This document shows, piece after piece, positions 8,815 through 18,858 of a stretch of DNA of 37,500 nucleotides. Both the position numbers and the translations under genes were made by a program. Source of the DNA: Burkholderiaceae bacterium (GTDB taxonomy: Bacteria > Pseudomonadota > Gammaproteobacteria > Burkholderiales > Burkholderiaceae_C); NCBI GenBank assembly GCA_031398015.1, contig JANNMP010000158.1, positions 1 through 37,500 of the forward strand, given 5' to 3'. The first letter of the stretch is position 1. The number at the start of each line of letters is the position of its first letter. The notes below the pieces were generated by a model. That model worked only from the letters and a program-made list of their open reading frames with translations. It was not told the DNA's origin and made no database searches.

Positions 8815-10101
8815 GTGGCCAAGCTGCTCTATCTGGTGCACCGCCTGCCTTACCCGCCCAACAAGGGCGACAAGCTGCGTTCGTACCACTTGCTCAAGCA
8901 CCTGGCGGCGCGGCACAGCGTGTACCTGGGCACCTTTGTTGATGACCCCGACGACGCCCAGCATGTGCCGCTGGTGCGTGGCCTGTGCGCTGGCCTGTGT
9001 GCCGTGCCATTGGTGCCCCGCGTGGCCAAGTTGCGCAGCCTGGCTGGCCTGCTGCGCGGCGAGCCGCTGACGCTGCGTTATTACCACAGCAGCCGGCTGC
9101 AGCAATGGGTGGCACAGGTCGTGGCCGAACACGCCATCGACGCGGTGCTGGTGTTCTCATCGTCGATGGCGCCATATGCGCTGGCCCACCCGGGCCTGCC
9201 GATGCTGGCCGATCTGGTCGACGTGGATTCGGCCAAGTGGGCCGAATACGCTGTGCGCCACCGCTGGCCGCTGTCGTGGCTGTACCGCCGCGAGGGCGAG
9301 CGCCTGCTGGCCTATGAGCGCACGGTGGTGGCCCGGGCCCGGCGCGCCTTTCTCGTCACCGACAAGGAAGTGGCGCTGTTCACCCAGTTGGCACCCGACA
9401 GCCAGGGCCAGGTGCTGGCGCTTGGCAACGGTGTGGACGCCGACTTCTTTCAGCCCGCTGCCGGGCGTGCCTCGCCGTTTGCGGCCGGCGAACAACCGCT
9501 GGTGTTCACCGGTGCAATGGACTATTGGCCGAACGTCGATGCGGTGTGCTGGTTCGTGGCCCAGGTGCTGCCATCGCTGCGCCAGCGCTGGCCGGGCCTG
9601 CGGCTGCACATCGTTGGCCGTTGCCCCACGCCGGCCGTGTTGGCGCTGGCCGGTGAGGCGGTGCAGGTCAGCGGCACTGTGCCGGATGTGCGGCCCTGGC
9701 TGCAGCATGCTGCGGTGGTGGTGGCGCCACTGCGGCTGGCACGTGGCGTACAAAACAAAGTGCTGGAGGCGATGGCCATGGCCCGCCCGGTGGTGGCTGC
9801 GGCCCACTGCGTCGAGGCCATCGCCGCAACGCCAGGCACCGACATCCTGGCGGCGCATGACGCCCAGTCCTATGTCGAGCACATCAGCGCGCTGCTGGCC
9901 GACCGGGCCCGCGCTGGTGCCATCGGCCAGGCCGGCCGTGTCAGCGTGCTGGCCCATTTCAGCTGGCCGGCCCGGCTGGCCGGCATCGATGCCGAACTTT
10001 CCCATGCGTTGGCGCCCCAAGTGGGCCTGCCAGCCACAACGCACGCCAAGCTGCAAACCGAAAGACCCCCCGCGATGCACCCCGAGGTGACACACCCATG
10101 A
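8815..10101 (+). CDS. GT4 glycosyltransferase, XrtA-associated (TIGR03087-like)
   Basis: HRLPYPPNKGDKLRSY, FTGAMDYWPNVDAV, ARGVQNKVLEAMAM. Confidence 0.92.
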   Translation: MAKLLYLVHRLPYPPNKGDKLRSYHLLKHLAARHSVYLGTFVDDPDDAQHVPLVRGLCAGLCAVPLVPRVAKLRSLAGLLRGEPLTLRYYHSSRLQQWVAQVVAEHAIDAVLVFSSSMAPYALAHPGLPMLADLVDVDSAKWAEYAVRHRWPLSWLYRREGERLLAYERTVVARARRAFLVTDKEVALFTQLAPDSQGQVLALGNGVDADFFQPAAGRASPFAAGEQPLVFTGAMDYWPNVDAVCWFVAQVLPSLRQRWPGLRLHIVGRCPTPAVLALAGEAVQVSGTVPDVRPWLQHAAVVVAPLRLARGVQNKVLEAMAMARPVVAAAHCVEAIAATPGTDILAAHDAQSYVEHISALLADRARAGAIGQAGRVSVLAHFSWPARLAGIDAELSHALAPQVGLPATTHAKLQTERPPAMHPEVTHP

Positions 10102-11684
10102 CAACCCTGGCCTGGTCGCCATCGCAGGTGCGCGAAGCCTGGCGGCTGCCGTTTGCTGTCACCCTGGGCCTGGTGCTGCTGCTGCTGCTGGGCTACCGCG
10201 GCACGGCAGCCGCCATGGTCGAGATCTGGATCCGCTCCGAGACCTTCACCCACGCCTTCGTCGTGCCGCCCATCGTCGCCTGGCTGATCTGGCGCAAGCG
10301 CGGCGAGCTGGCACCGCTGCAGCCCAAACCGCTGCCCTGGGTGCTGCTGCCGATGGCCGGCCTGGCGCTGCTGTGGTGGCTGGGTGACTTGGTGAATGTG
10401 GCCGCCGCCACACAGTTGGCGCTGACAGCCATGCTGGTGGCCAGCGTGCCGCTGGTACTGGGCTGGCAGGTCACACGGGTGTTGGCGTTTCCGCTGGCGT
10501 TCACGTTCTTCGCCGTGCCGATCGGCGAGTTCATGACCCCCACGCTGATGCACTGGACCGCAGAGGCCCTGGTGGCCGGGCTGCGCTTCACCGGCATTCC
10601 GGTCTACCAGGAAGGCCAGCAGCTGGTCATCCCGTCGGGCCGCTGGGCGGTGGTGGCGGCGTGCAGCGGCGTGCGCTACCTGATGGCCACCTTCATGGTT
10701 GGCAGCCTGTTTGCCTATCTCAACTACAGCAGCACCCGAAAGCGCTTGATCTTCGTCGGCATTTCCATCGTGCTGCCCATCCTGGCCAACTGGGTGCGCG
10801 CCTACATCATCGTGATGCTGGGCCATCTGTCGAACAACGAGATCGCCACCGGCGTGGACCACCTGGTCTACGGCTGGGTGTTCTTCGGTGTCGTGATCCT
10901 GGCCTTGTTCTTCATCGGTGCACGCTGGGCAGACGCCGACGACAGCGCGTTGGCCACTGCCACCGCCGTGCAACAAGCCAGCCAGCGCGCTGACCCAGGT
11001 GTTGCCGCCTGGCGCCCGATGGCCATGGCCGCGCTGGCGCTGCTGGTGGTGGCCTGGCCGGCCATGAGCCAGCTGCGCAGCGCGCCAGCGGCCAGCAGCG
11101 CAGCGCTGCAATTGGCCCTGCCCACCACGCTGGGCAGCTGGCAGGGCACGCCGCTGCCAGCGGGGGCCTGGGAGCCGTTCTTCCCCAGCGCCAGCGCGCG
11201 GCCGGCCATGGTCTACCGCGGGCCGCAAGACCAGCAAGTGCGCGTGCACCTGGCCTACCACCGCGGTCAGTCAGGTGATGTCAAGCTGGTCAGCTCGGCC
11301 AACCGCTTCATCGAAGGTGGCGACGAACGCTGGCATGTGCTGGCCGAGGGCAGCGCCAGCACGTTGATCGGCGGCCGCAATGTGCGTTGGCGCCAGGCCA
11401 CGCTGCTGCGCGCTGACGTTGACGAGCGCAGCAGCAGCCAACGTGAGCGCCTCACCGTGTGGCGGCTGTACTGGCTGGGCGGCCCGCTGGCGCACGGCGA
11501 TGTGCAGGCCAAGCTGCTGCAGGCCTGGCAGGCCGTGCGCGGGCAGCCCGATGACGGCGCCGCCATCCACCTGGTGTCCTCGCAGGTCGACGATGCAACC
11601 GCGCAGGCGCAGCTGGCAGCCTTCGTCAGCGAGAACTTCGCCATGCTTGAGCGCAGTTTGGCGCAGGCGCGCGACAGCCGCTGA
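10098..11684 (+). CDS. xrtA: Exosortase A (EpsH domain plus C-terminal EpsI domain)
   Basis: Multi-TM protein with catalytic triad motifs VVAACSGVRY (Cys), ANWVRAY (Arg), DHLVYGW (His), followed by a periplasmic EpsI-like domain. Confidence 0.95.
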   Translation: MTTLAWSPSQVREAWRLPFAVTLGLVLLLLLGYRGTAAAMVEIWIRSETFTHAFVVPPIVAWLIWRKRGELAPLQPKPLPWVLLPMAGLALLWWLGDLVNVAAATQLALTAMLVASVPLVLGWQVTRVLAFPLAFTFFAVPIGEFMTPTLMHWTAEALVAGLRFTGIPVYQEGQQLVIPSGRWAVVAACSGVRYLMATFMVGSLFAYLNYSSTRKRLIFVGISIVLPILANWVRAYIIVMLGHLSNNEIATGVDHLVYGWVFFGVVILALFFIGARWADADDSALATATAVQQASQRADPGVAAWRPMAMAALALLVVAWPAMSQLRSAPAASSAALQLALPTTLGSWQGTPLPAGAWEPFFPSASARPAMVYRGPQDQQVRVHLAYHRGQSGDVKLVSSANRFIEGGDERWHVLAEGSASTLIGGRNVRWRQATLLRADVDERSSSQRERLTVWRLYWLGGPLAHGDVQAKLLQAWQAVRGQPDDGAAIHLVSSQVDDATAQAQLAAFVSENFAMLERSLAQARDSR

Positions 11685-11731
11685 ACCTGCGCCATGGACA
11701 ATTGCGCTCCGGCAAAAGGGCTTCGAACCAA

Positions 11732-13012
11732 ATGACGACAGTTGCGGTGATTGGCCTGGGCTACGTGGGCCTGCCCCTGGTGGTGGAGTTCGGCAAGCGC
11801 CTGCGCACCATCGGCTTTGACATTGCAGTCGACAAGGTGGCGGCCTGCCAGCGCGGCACCGACCCGTCGCGTGAGTTGCCAGACGCCGAGCTGGCTGCGG
11901 CCACGCACGCGGTCTACACCTCTGACGCCGCACTGCTGGGCGAGGCCGACATCATCATCGTGGCCGTGCCAACGCCGGTCGATCAGGCCCACATCCCTGA
12001 TTTCAGGCCACTGATCGGCGCGTCCACCAGCGCCGGCCGGCACCTGAAGAAAGGTGCCACCGTGGTCTATGAGTCCACCGTTTACCCTGGTGCCACCGAA
12101 GAGGTGTGCATCCCGGTGCTCGAGCGCGAATCGGGCCTGACGTGGAAGCGGGACTTCTTTGTTGGCTACAGCCCCGAGCGCATCAACCCAGGCGACAAAG
12201 AGCACACGCTCACCAAGATCCTGAAGATCGTCTCGGGTGACACGCCGGCCACGCTGGACAAGGTGGCCAAGCTCTATGAGCTGATCGTCGAGCCCGGTGT
12301 GCACCGCGCCAGCAGCATCAAGGCGGCAGAGGCGGCCAAGGTGATCGAGAACACCCAGCGTGACCTGAACATCGCGCTGATGAACGAGCTGGCGATCATC
12401 TTCGACAAGCTGGGCATCGACACCAGCGAGGTGCTCGAGGCTGCCGGCACCAAATGGAACTTCCTGAAGTTCAAGCCCGGCCTGGTGGGCGGGCACTGCA
12501 TCGGCGTCGACCCCTACTACCTGACGCACAAGGCCGACATGATCGGCTACCACCCGCAGGTGATTCTGGCCGGGCGGCGCATCAACGACGGCATGGGCAA
12601 ATTCATCGCCGAGCAGACCATCAAGCACATGATTGCATCGGGTGGTCTCGTCAAGGGCGCCAAGGTCAACGTGCTCGGGCTCACCTTCAAAGAGAACTGC
12701 GGTGACCTGCGCAACAGCAAAGTGATCGACATCATCCAAGAGCTGCAGAGTTTTGGCGTCGAGGTGTTTGTCACCGATGCCCAAGCCAAGGCCGACGAAG
12801 CCATGCATGAGTACGGCGTGCGCCTGCTGCCGTTTGAAGAACTGCCGCGTGCTGACGCCATCGTTGCGGCGGTGTCGCACCGCGAGTACGCGGCATTGGG
12901 CACCGACGACATCGGCCGCAAGCTGGTGCAGGGCGGCGCGTTCATCGATGTCAAGGCCGCCTTCGATGCCGTTGCCCTGCAGGGCGCGGGCTTCCGCGTC
13001 TGGAGGCTGTGA
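11732..13012 (+). CDS. Nucleotide-sugar 6-dehydrogenase (UDP-GlcNAc/GalNAc dehydrogenase, TviB/WbpO-like)
   Basis: GLGYVGLP Rossmann motif, VYESTVYPG, GYSPERINPGD, KVIENTQRD, GGHCIGVDP (catalytic Cys), GLTFKENC.DLRNSK. Confidence 0.93.
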   Translation: MTTVAVIGLGYVGLPLVVEFGKRLRTIGFDIAVDKVAACQRGTDPSRELPDAELAAATHAVYTSDAALLGEADIIIVAVPTPVDQAHIPDFRPLIGASTSAGRHLKKGATVVYESTVYPGATEEVCIPVLERESGLTWKRDFFVGYSPERINPGDKEHTLTKILKIVSGDTPATLDKVAKLYELIVEPGVHRASSIKAAEAAKVIENTQRDLNIALMNELAIIFDKLGIDTSEVLEAAGTKWNFLKFKPGLVGGHCIGVDPYYLTHKADMIGYHPQVILAGRRINDGMGKFIAEQTIKHMIASGGLVKGAKVNVLGLTFKENCGDLRNSKVIDIIQELQSFGVEVFVTDAQAKADEAMHEYGVRLLPFEELPRADAIVAAVSHREYAALGTDDIGRKLVQGGAFIDVKAAFDAVALQGAGFRVWRL

Positions 13013-14235
13013 GGTTGCAAGCGCCGCCGCTGGTGGTGGCACACCACCAGCCTGAGCCGGTGGCGGCCAACCGCCAGCCGCCGCTGGTGCTGCACCTGCT
13101 GCACCGGTTCGACACCGGTGGCCTGGAGAACGGCGTCGTCAACCTGATCAACCACATGCCGGGCGACGCCTACCGCCACATGGTGGTGGCGCTGACCGAG
13201 GTGACCGATTTCCGCCAACGCCTGCACCGCCCTGATGTCGACTGCGTGGCCTTGCACAAGGGCCCGGGCCATGGTGTGCGCCTGTACCCGGCGCTGTGGC
13301 GCCTGCTGCGCCAGCACCGCCCGGCCATCGTGCACAGCCGCAACCTGGCGGCGCTGGAGATGCAGGTCGCCGCCTGGGCTGCGCGGGTGCCTGTGCGCAT
13401 CCATGGCGAGCATGGCCGCGACATCGATGACCTGGACGGCAGCAGCCGGCACCACCAGCGGCTGCGCCGCCTGTATGCGCCGTTTGTGCACCACCATGTG
13501 GCCTTGTCGCGTGACTTGCAGGGCTACTTGCGCGGCGCGGTGGGCATCGCGGCGCAGCGCATTGACCAGATCTACAACGGCGTCGATGCAGACCGCTTCT
13601 GCCCCGCTGATGCGCAGCAGCCCGTGCCGCTCAGCGGCAGCCCGTTTGTGCGGCCGGCGCATTGGGTGGTGGGCACGGTCGGCCGCATGGCGGCGGTGAA
13701 GAACCAGCCGCTGCTGGCACACGCATTCATACGCGCCCGTGCGCTGGACGCCGCGTTTGCCGCCCAGGCGCGGCTGGTGCTGGTGGGTGACGGCCCGCTG
13801 CGTGCGGTGGCCCAGGCGGTGCTGCAGCAGGCCGGCGCAGCCGCTGCTGCCTGGCTGCCGGGCGAGCGCGATGATGTGCCCGATGTCATGCGCAGCTTCG
13901 ATTGTTTTGTGTTGCCGTCCTTGGCCGAAGGCATCTCCAATACCATCCTGGAGGCGATGGCCAGTGGCTTGCCGGTGGTGGCCACGGCGGTGGGTGGCAA
14001 CGCCGAGCTGGTGGCTGATGGCCGCAGCGGGCGGGTGGTGCCATCCGGTGATGCCGATGCCATGGCTCACGCTCTGCTGGGGCTGTGGCGCCAGGCCGAC
14101 TGCGGTGCCGGCATGGGCCGCGCGGGGCGCGCCGAGGTCGAGCGCCGATTCAGCCTGCAGGCCATGGTGGCGGCCTACCATGGCCTGTATGACCGGCAGT
14201 TGGCCATGGCTGGGCACGTTGCCAGAAAGCATTGA
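13009..14235 (+). CDS. GT4 glycosyltransferase, XrtA-associated (TIGR03088-like)
   Basis: GGLENGVVNLIN, HGEHGRD, IYNGVD, PSLAEGISNTILEAMASGLPVVAT. Confidence 0.92.
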   Translation: MRLQAPPLVVAHHQPEPVAANRQPPLVLHLLHRFDTGGLENGVVNLINHMPGDAYRHMVVALTEVTDFRQRLHRPDVDCVALHKGPGHGVRLYPALWRLLRQHRPAIVHSRNLAALEMQVAAWAARVPVRIHGEHGRDIDDLDGSSRHHQRLRRLYAPFVHHHVALSRDLQGYLRGAVGIAAQRIDQIYNGVDADRFCPADAQQPVPLSGSPFVRPAHWVVGTVGRMAAVKNQPLLAHAFIRARALDAAFAAQARLVLVGDGPLRAVAQAVLQQAGAAAAAWLPGERDDVPDVMRSFDCFVLPSLAEGISNTILEAMASGLPVVATAVGGNAELVADGRSGRVVPSGDADAMAHALLGLWRQADCGAGMGRAGRAEVERRFSLQAMVAAYHGLYDRQLAMAGHVARKH

Positions 14236-14345
14236 CATGACACCCCAACACTTGCGTCGTTCGCTGCGTCCTGGCCCTGCAAGGGCCCCCTTCGTGGGCC
14301 TGGGAGCGGTCAGTCCCTTCGCAACGGCGGGGCGGTCCTGACATG
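14233..14345 (+). repeat. Small palindromic intergenic element (REP/MITE-like) flanked by TGACATG direct repeats; contains a 34-aa mini-ORF at 14237-14341
   Basis: TGACATG at 14233-14239 and 14339-14345; hairpins GGCCCT-gca-AGGGCC (14273-14287) and GGCCC-N7-GGGCC (14284-14300); ORF MTPQHLRRSLRPGPARAPFVGLGAVSPFATAGRS*. Confidence 0.55.
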
Positions 14346-16259
14346 TGTGGCATCACAGGCATCTTCGACACGCGCGCCGGCCATGCCGTGGCACAGGCGG
14401 TGCTGCAGCGCATGAATGACTCGCAGCTGCACCGCGGCCCCGACGAAGGCAGCTTGCACATCGAGCCCGGGCTCGGCTTCGGCCACCGCCGTCTGTCGAT
14501 CATCGACATCGCCACCGGCCAGCAGCCGCTGTTCAATGAAGACGGCTCGGTGGTGGTGGTGTTCAACGGCGAGATCTACAACTACCAGACACTGATCCCC
14601 GAGCTGCAGGCCTGCGGCCATGTGTTCAAGACCAAGAGCGACACCGAGGTCATCGTGCACGCCTGGGAGCAGTGAGGTGAAGACTGCGTCAAGCGCTTTC
14701 GCGGCATGTTTGCGTTTGCGCTCTGGGACCGCAACAAGCAGACGCTGTTCCTGGCCCGTGACCGCTTGGGTGTCAAGCCGATGTACTACGCGCTGCTCGA
14801 TGACGGCACGCTGCTGTTCGGCAGTGAGCTGAAGTCGCTGCTGGCACACGGCGGTCTGCGCCGCGACATCGACCCACTCGCGCTGGAGGAGTATTTCGCG
14901 CTGGGCTATGTGGCCGAGCCACGCACCATCTTCCGCCAGGCCAGGAAGCTGCCGCCGGCCCACACCCTGGCCATCCGCCGGGGCCAGGCCGTGGGCGAGC
15001 CGCGTGAATACTGGGATGTTCGCTTCACGCTCGACAACCCGATGACCGAGCAGGACGCCGGTGATGAACTGGTACGCCGGCTGCGTGAATCGGTGCAGCT
15101 GCGCATGATTGCCGAGGTGCCGCTGGGTGCATTCCTGTCGGGCGGGGTCGACTCCAGTGCCGTGGTGCAGGCCATGGCCGGGCTGTCTGCCGGGCCCGTC
15201 AACACCTGCAGCATCGCCTTCGACGATCCGGCCTTCAATGAGAGTGAGTTCGCCAAGCTGGTGGCCGACCGCTACCAGACCAACCACCGCGTCGAGACCG
15301 TCAGCAGCGATGACTTCGGCCTGATCGACACCCTGGCCAGGCTGTACGACGAGCCCTATGCCGACAGCTCGGCCATCCCCACCTACCGCGTCTGCCAACT
15401 GGCGCGCAAGCATGTCACCGTGGCGCTGTCGGGCGACGGCGGCGATGAAACCTTTGGCGGCTACCGCCGCTACCAATTGCACCTGATGGAAGAGCGCATG
15501 CGCGCTGCGCTGCCCGAGGGTGTGCGCCGCCCGGTGTTCGGCTTGCTGGGCCGCATCTACCCCAAGGCCGACTGGGCGCCACGGATGCTGCGCGCCAAGA
15601 CCACCTTCCAGGGCATGGCGCGCACCTCGGTCGAGGCCTACTTCCACAGCATGTGCTTCATCCGCGAGCCGATGCGCAGCCGGCTCTACAGCCCGGCGCT
15701 TAAGGCGCAGCTTGGCGGTTACAGCGCCGCCGAGGTGTTTGACCGCCACGCCCGCCGCGCCGGCACCGACGACCCGTTGGCGTTGATCCAGTACATCGAC
15801 ACCCACACCTACCTGGTGGGCGACATCAACACCAAGGTTGACCGCGCCAGCATGGCGCATTCACTGGAAGTGCGTGAGCCGCTGATGGACCACGAGCTGG
15901 TGGAGTGGGTGGCCACGCTGCCGTCGGCATTGAAGCTGCGTGGCAGCAATGGCAAGGCATTTTTCAAGAAGGCGATGGAGCCGCACCTGCCGCATGACGT
16001 GTTGTTCCGGCCCAAGATGGGTTTCTCGGTGCCGCTGGCGCGCTGGCTGCGCGGCCCGCTGCGCCATCGTCTGCGCGGTGCCTTGCTCGAAGGGCCGGTG
16101 TTGGACGGCGGCTGGCTCAACCCGGCCGCGGTGCGCCAGTTGGTCGAGCAGCATGAAGCCGGCCGCGCCGACCACAGCACGCCGCTGTGGACGCTGCTGA
16201 TGTTCGACGCCTTCCTGCGCAACGCCATGGGTGAGGCGCAGCTGCCGGTGGCGGCCTGA
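14343..16259 (+). pseudogene. asnB: XrtA system amidotransferase (AsnB-like, TIGR03108-like) interrupted by an in-frame TGA at 14673-14675
   Basis: The two track ORFs (14343-14675, 14706-16259) share one frame: MCGITG...HRGPD...FNGEIYNY...[30 protein letters not shown]...FLSGGVDSS...LSGDGGDE...RPKMGF. The stop sits where the family usually has Trp (xWG). Confidence 0.85.
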
Positions 16260-16306
16260 GCCGGCCCCGGTGTGATGCCGATCATTGCCCTGCCGATGCG
16301 CCACCG

Positions 16307-17500
16307 ATGAGCCGCCATGTCAGAACCGTGCTGTTCTCGACGCTGTTCCCCAACGCGGCGCGGCCGATGCACGGCATCTTTGTCGAGACTCGGCTGCGTG
16401 AGTTGCTCAAGACCGGCCAGATCGAGACCCGCGTGGTCGCGCCCGTGCCCTGGTTTCCATTCACCGCCGAGCGCTGGGGCGACTACGCCCGCATGGCGCG
16501 TTGCCCCGCGCATGAGCTGCGCAACGGCATCGAGGTGGTGCACCCGCGCTACTTCTTGCCGCCCAAGGTTGGCATGACGCTGGCGCCGTTTCTGCTGGCC
16601 CTGGGTGCGGCACCGTCGCTGCGCCGCTTGCGGGCGTCCGGTTTTGATTTCGATGTCATCGACGCCCACTACTACTACCCTGACGGCGTGGCAGCGGCGA
16701 TCTTGGGTGCCTGCTTCAAAACGCCGGTGACCGTGACCGCGCGTGGCACCGACATCAACCTGATCCCCAGCTTTCACTGGCCGCGCAAGATGCTGCAATG
16801 GGCCGGCTCACGCGCCAGCGCCTCGATCGGCGTCTCGGCCGCGTTGGTCGAGCGCATGCGTGCATTGGCCTTTGACCCCGGCACCCTGCATGTCATGCGC
16901 AACGGCGTCGATCTGGACCGGTTCCAACCCAGTGAGCCGCAGGCCATGCGTCAGGCGCTGGGCATCCATGGTGCGCCGGTGCTGCTGGCAGTGGGCAACC
17001 TGCAGGTGCACAAGGGGCAACGGCTGCTGATCGACGCGCTGGCACAGGTGCGGCGCCAGCATCCCGGCGCCGTGGCGCTGATCGTCGGCGAAGGCCCGGA
17101 CGAAGGCTTCCTGCGTGCCCAGGCCAGTGCACTCGGCTTGCACGACGCGGTGCGCTTTGTCGGCATGGTGCCCAACCAGGATTTGCCGCAGTGGTACAGC
17201 GCGGCCGACATGCTGGTGCTGGCGTCCAGCCGCGAAGGCTGGCCCAACGTGCTGCTGGAGGCCATGGCCTGCGGCACCCCTGTGGTGGCCAGTGACGTGG
17301 GGGGTGTGCGCGAGATCGTGCAGACAGCGGTGGCCGGCCGGGTGGTGGCGCAGCCGAGCGCGACGACCCTGGCCGACGCCATCGACGGCGTGTTGCGTGC
17401 CGGCACCGACCGCGCCGCCGTGCGGGCCTATGCCCAGCAGTTCAGCTGGGAGCGCACCAGCCAGGACCAATTGGCGCTGTTCCAGACGCTGGCCGCCTGA
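16307..17500 (+). CDS. GT4 glycosyltransferase (TuaC-like)
   Basis: HGIFVETRL, DAHYYYPDG, TARGTDIN, SSREGWPNVLLEAMACGTPVV. Confidence 0.9.
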   Translation: MSRHVRTVLFSTLFPNAARPMHGIFVETRLRELLKTGQIETRVVAPVPWFPFTAERWGDYARMARCPAHELRNGIEVVHPRYFLPPKVGMTLAPFLLALGAAPSLRRLRASGFDFDVIDAHYYYPDGVAAAILGACFKTPVTVTARGTDINLIPSFHWPRKMLQWAGSRASASIGVSAALVERMRALAFDPGTLHVMRNGVDLDRFQPSEPQAMRQALGIHGAPVLLAVGNLQVHKGQRLLIDALAQVRRQHPGAVALIVGEGPDEGFLRAQASALGLHDAVRFVGMVPNQDLPQWYSAADMLVLASSREGWPNVLLEAMACGTPVVASDVGGVREIVQTAVAGRVVAQPSATTLADAIDGVLRAGTDRAAVRAYAQQFSWERTSQDQLALFQTLAA

Positions 17501-17508
17501 GGCCGACG

Positions 17509-18858
17509 ATGCGCGACATTCTGTTGACCGTCATCGTCCTGGTGCTGCTGGTGCGAACCTTGCGCCGGCCAGAGACCGGCGCCTACCTCTGGGCTTGGCT
17601 GTCGCTGATGAACCCGCACCGGATGTCGTATGGCTTTGCGTTGAGCGTGCCCTGGGCGTATGCCACGGCGGTGGTCACGCTCGCCAGCATGCTGTTCTCG
17701 AAGTCGCGCAAGCCACTGCCGTTGAATGGCGGCACCGTCGGCTTGCTGGTGCTGTGGGGCTGGATGACGCTGACCTCGGCCGTGTCGATCAACCCGACCG
17801 ACATGGTCTGGGAGCGCTGGACCTTCGTCTCGAAGATCTACGTCATGCTGCTGGCCACGCTGATGGTGATCCGTGGGCGCAAGCAGACCGACACCTTGGT
17901 GTGGGTGGTGGTGGCGTCGATCGCCTTCTTCGGCTTCAAGGGCGGCATCTTCACCATCGCCACTGGTGGCGCCTACCGGGTCTGGGGGCCACCGGGCAGC
18001 ATGGTCGAAGAGAACAATTCGCTGGCGGTTGCGCTGATCATCGTCCTGCCGCTGTTGTACTACCTGCGGCACGTCGCCACCAACCGGTGGCTGCGGCACT
18101 TCCTGGTGTTGACGATGGTGTTGGTCGGCGCTGCCATCCTGGGCTCGCAATCGCGCGGCGCCCTGGTCGGCTTGTTGGTGATGGTCTTTGTGTTGGGCAC
18201 CAAGACCAAGTACCCGGTGCGCTTCAGCATGGTGCTGCTGACCATTGTTGCCATCGGCATCGCCTTCATGCCCGACACCTGGTCGTCACGCATGGACACG
18301 ATCCAGAACTTTGGTGAAGACAGTTCAGCCATGTCACGCCTGTACACCTGGCACACGTTGTGGAACGTGGCTGTGGACCGCCCGCTGGTGGGCGCCGGGT
18401 TCCGCGCCGACACAACCGCGCTGTTTGCCCGCTATGCGCCGACCGGTCAGCAGTACGCGATTTTTCAAGGGGCGTCCTGGGTCGCCCACAGCATCTACTT
18501 CCAGGCGCTTGGCGAGCATGGATTCGTGGGCCTGTTGCTCTACCTCTTTCTATGGGTCTGGGTCTGGGTCACATCGTCGCGTTTGTCCAAGCAGGCTGAA
18601 AAGCTCTCCGAGGTCGATGCCTGGGTGCCGATGTTGCTGCGCATGTGCCAGGTGTCCACGGCTGGGTTCTGCGCCGGTGGCGCATTTTTGTCGCTGATGA
18701 ACTTTGACCTGCCGTTCTATATCCTGGCCTTTGTCACCCTGTGCCAGTGCGCGGTCAAGGATCGGCTGCTCCAAGCGCAGGCGCCGGCGCCCACGCCGGC
18801 TGCGCTGCGCGCAGCTGCCGGCGCGCGTCTGGCCTTGCAACACCATGAGCTACGCTGA
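17509..18858 (+). CDS. Putative O-glycosylation ligase / Wzy-like polymerase, exosortase A-associated (TIGR03097-like)
   Basis: MRD start, WLSLMNPHR, GPPGSMVEENNSLA, SQSRGA, AHSIYFQALGEHGFVG (Wzy_C signature); many TM helices. Confidence 0.9.
   Translation: MRDILLTVIVLVLLVRTLRRPETGAYLWAWLSLMNPHRMSYGFALSVPWAYATAVVTLASMLFSKSRKPLPLNGGTVGLLVLWGWMTLTSAVSINPTDMVWERWTFVSKIYVMLLATLMVIRGRKQTDTLVWVVVASIAFFGFKGGIFTIATGGAYRVWGPPGSMVEENNSLAVALIIVLPLLYYLRHVATNRWLRHFLVLTMVLVGAAILGSQSRGALVGLLVMVFVLGTKTKYPVRFSMVLLTIVAIGIAFMPDTWSSRMDTIQNFGEDSSAMSRLYTWHTLWNVAVDRPLVGAGFRADTTALFARYAPTGQQYAIFQGASWVAHSIYFQALGEHGFVGLLLYLFLWVWVWVTSSRLSKQAEKLSEVDAWVPMLLRMCQVSTAGFCAGGAFLSLMNFDLPFYILAFVTLCQCAVKDRLLQAQAPAPTPAALRAAAGARLALQHHELR

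Noticed and set aside
14673-14722. Selenocysteine recoding of the internal TGA (hairpin AGCGC...GCGCT at 14692-14722)
   Set aside because: The aligned family residue is Trp, not Cys; the hairpin is weak and lies within a conserved coding motif.
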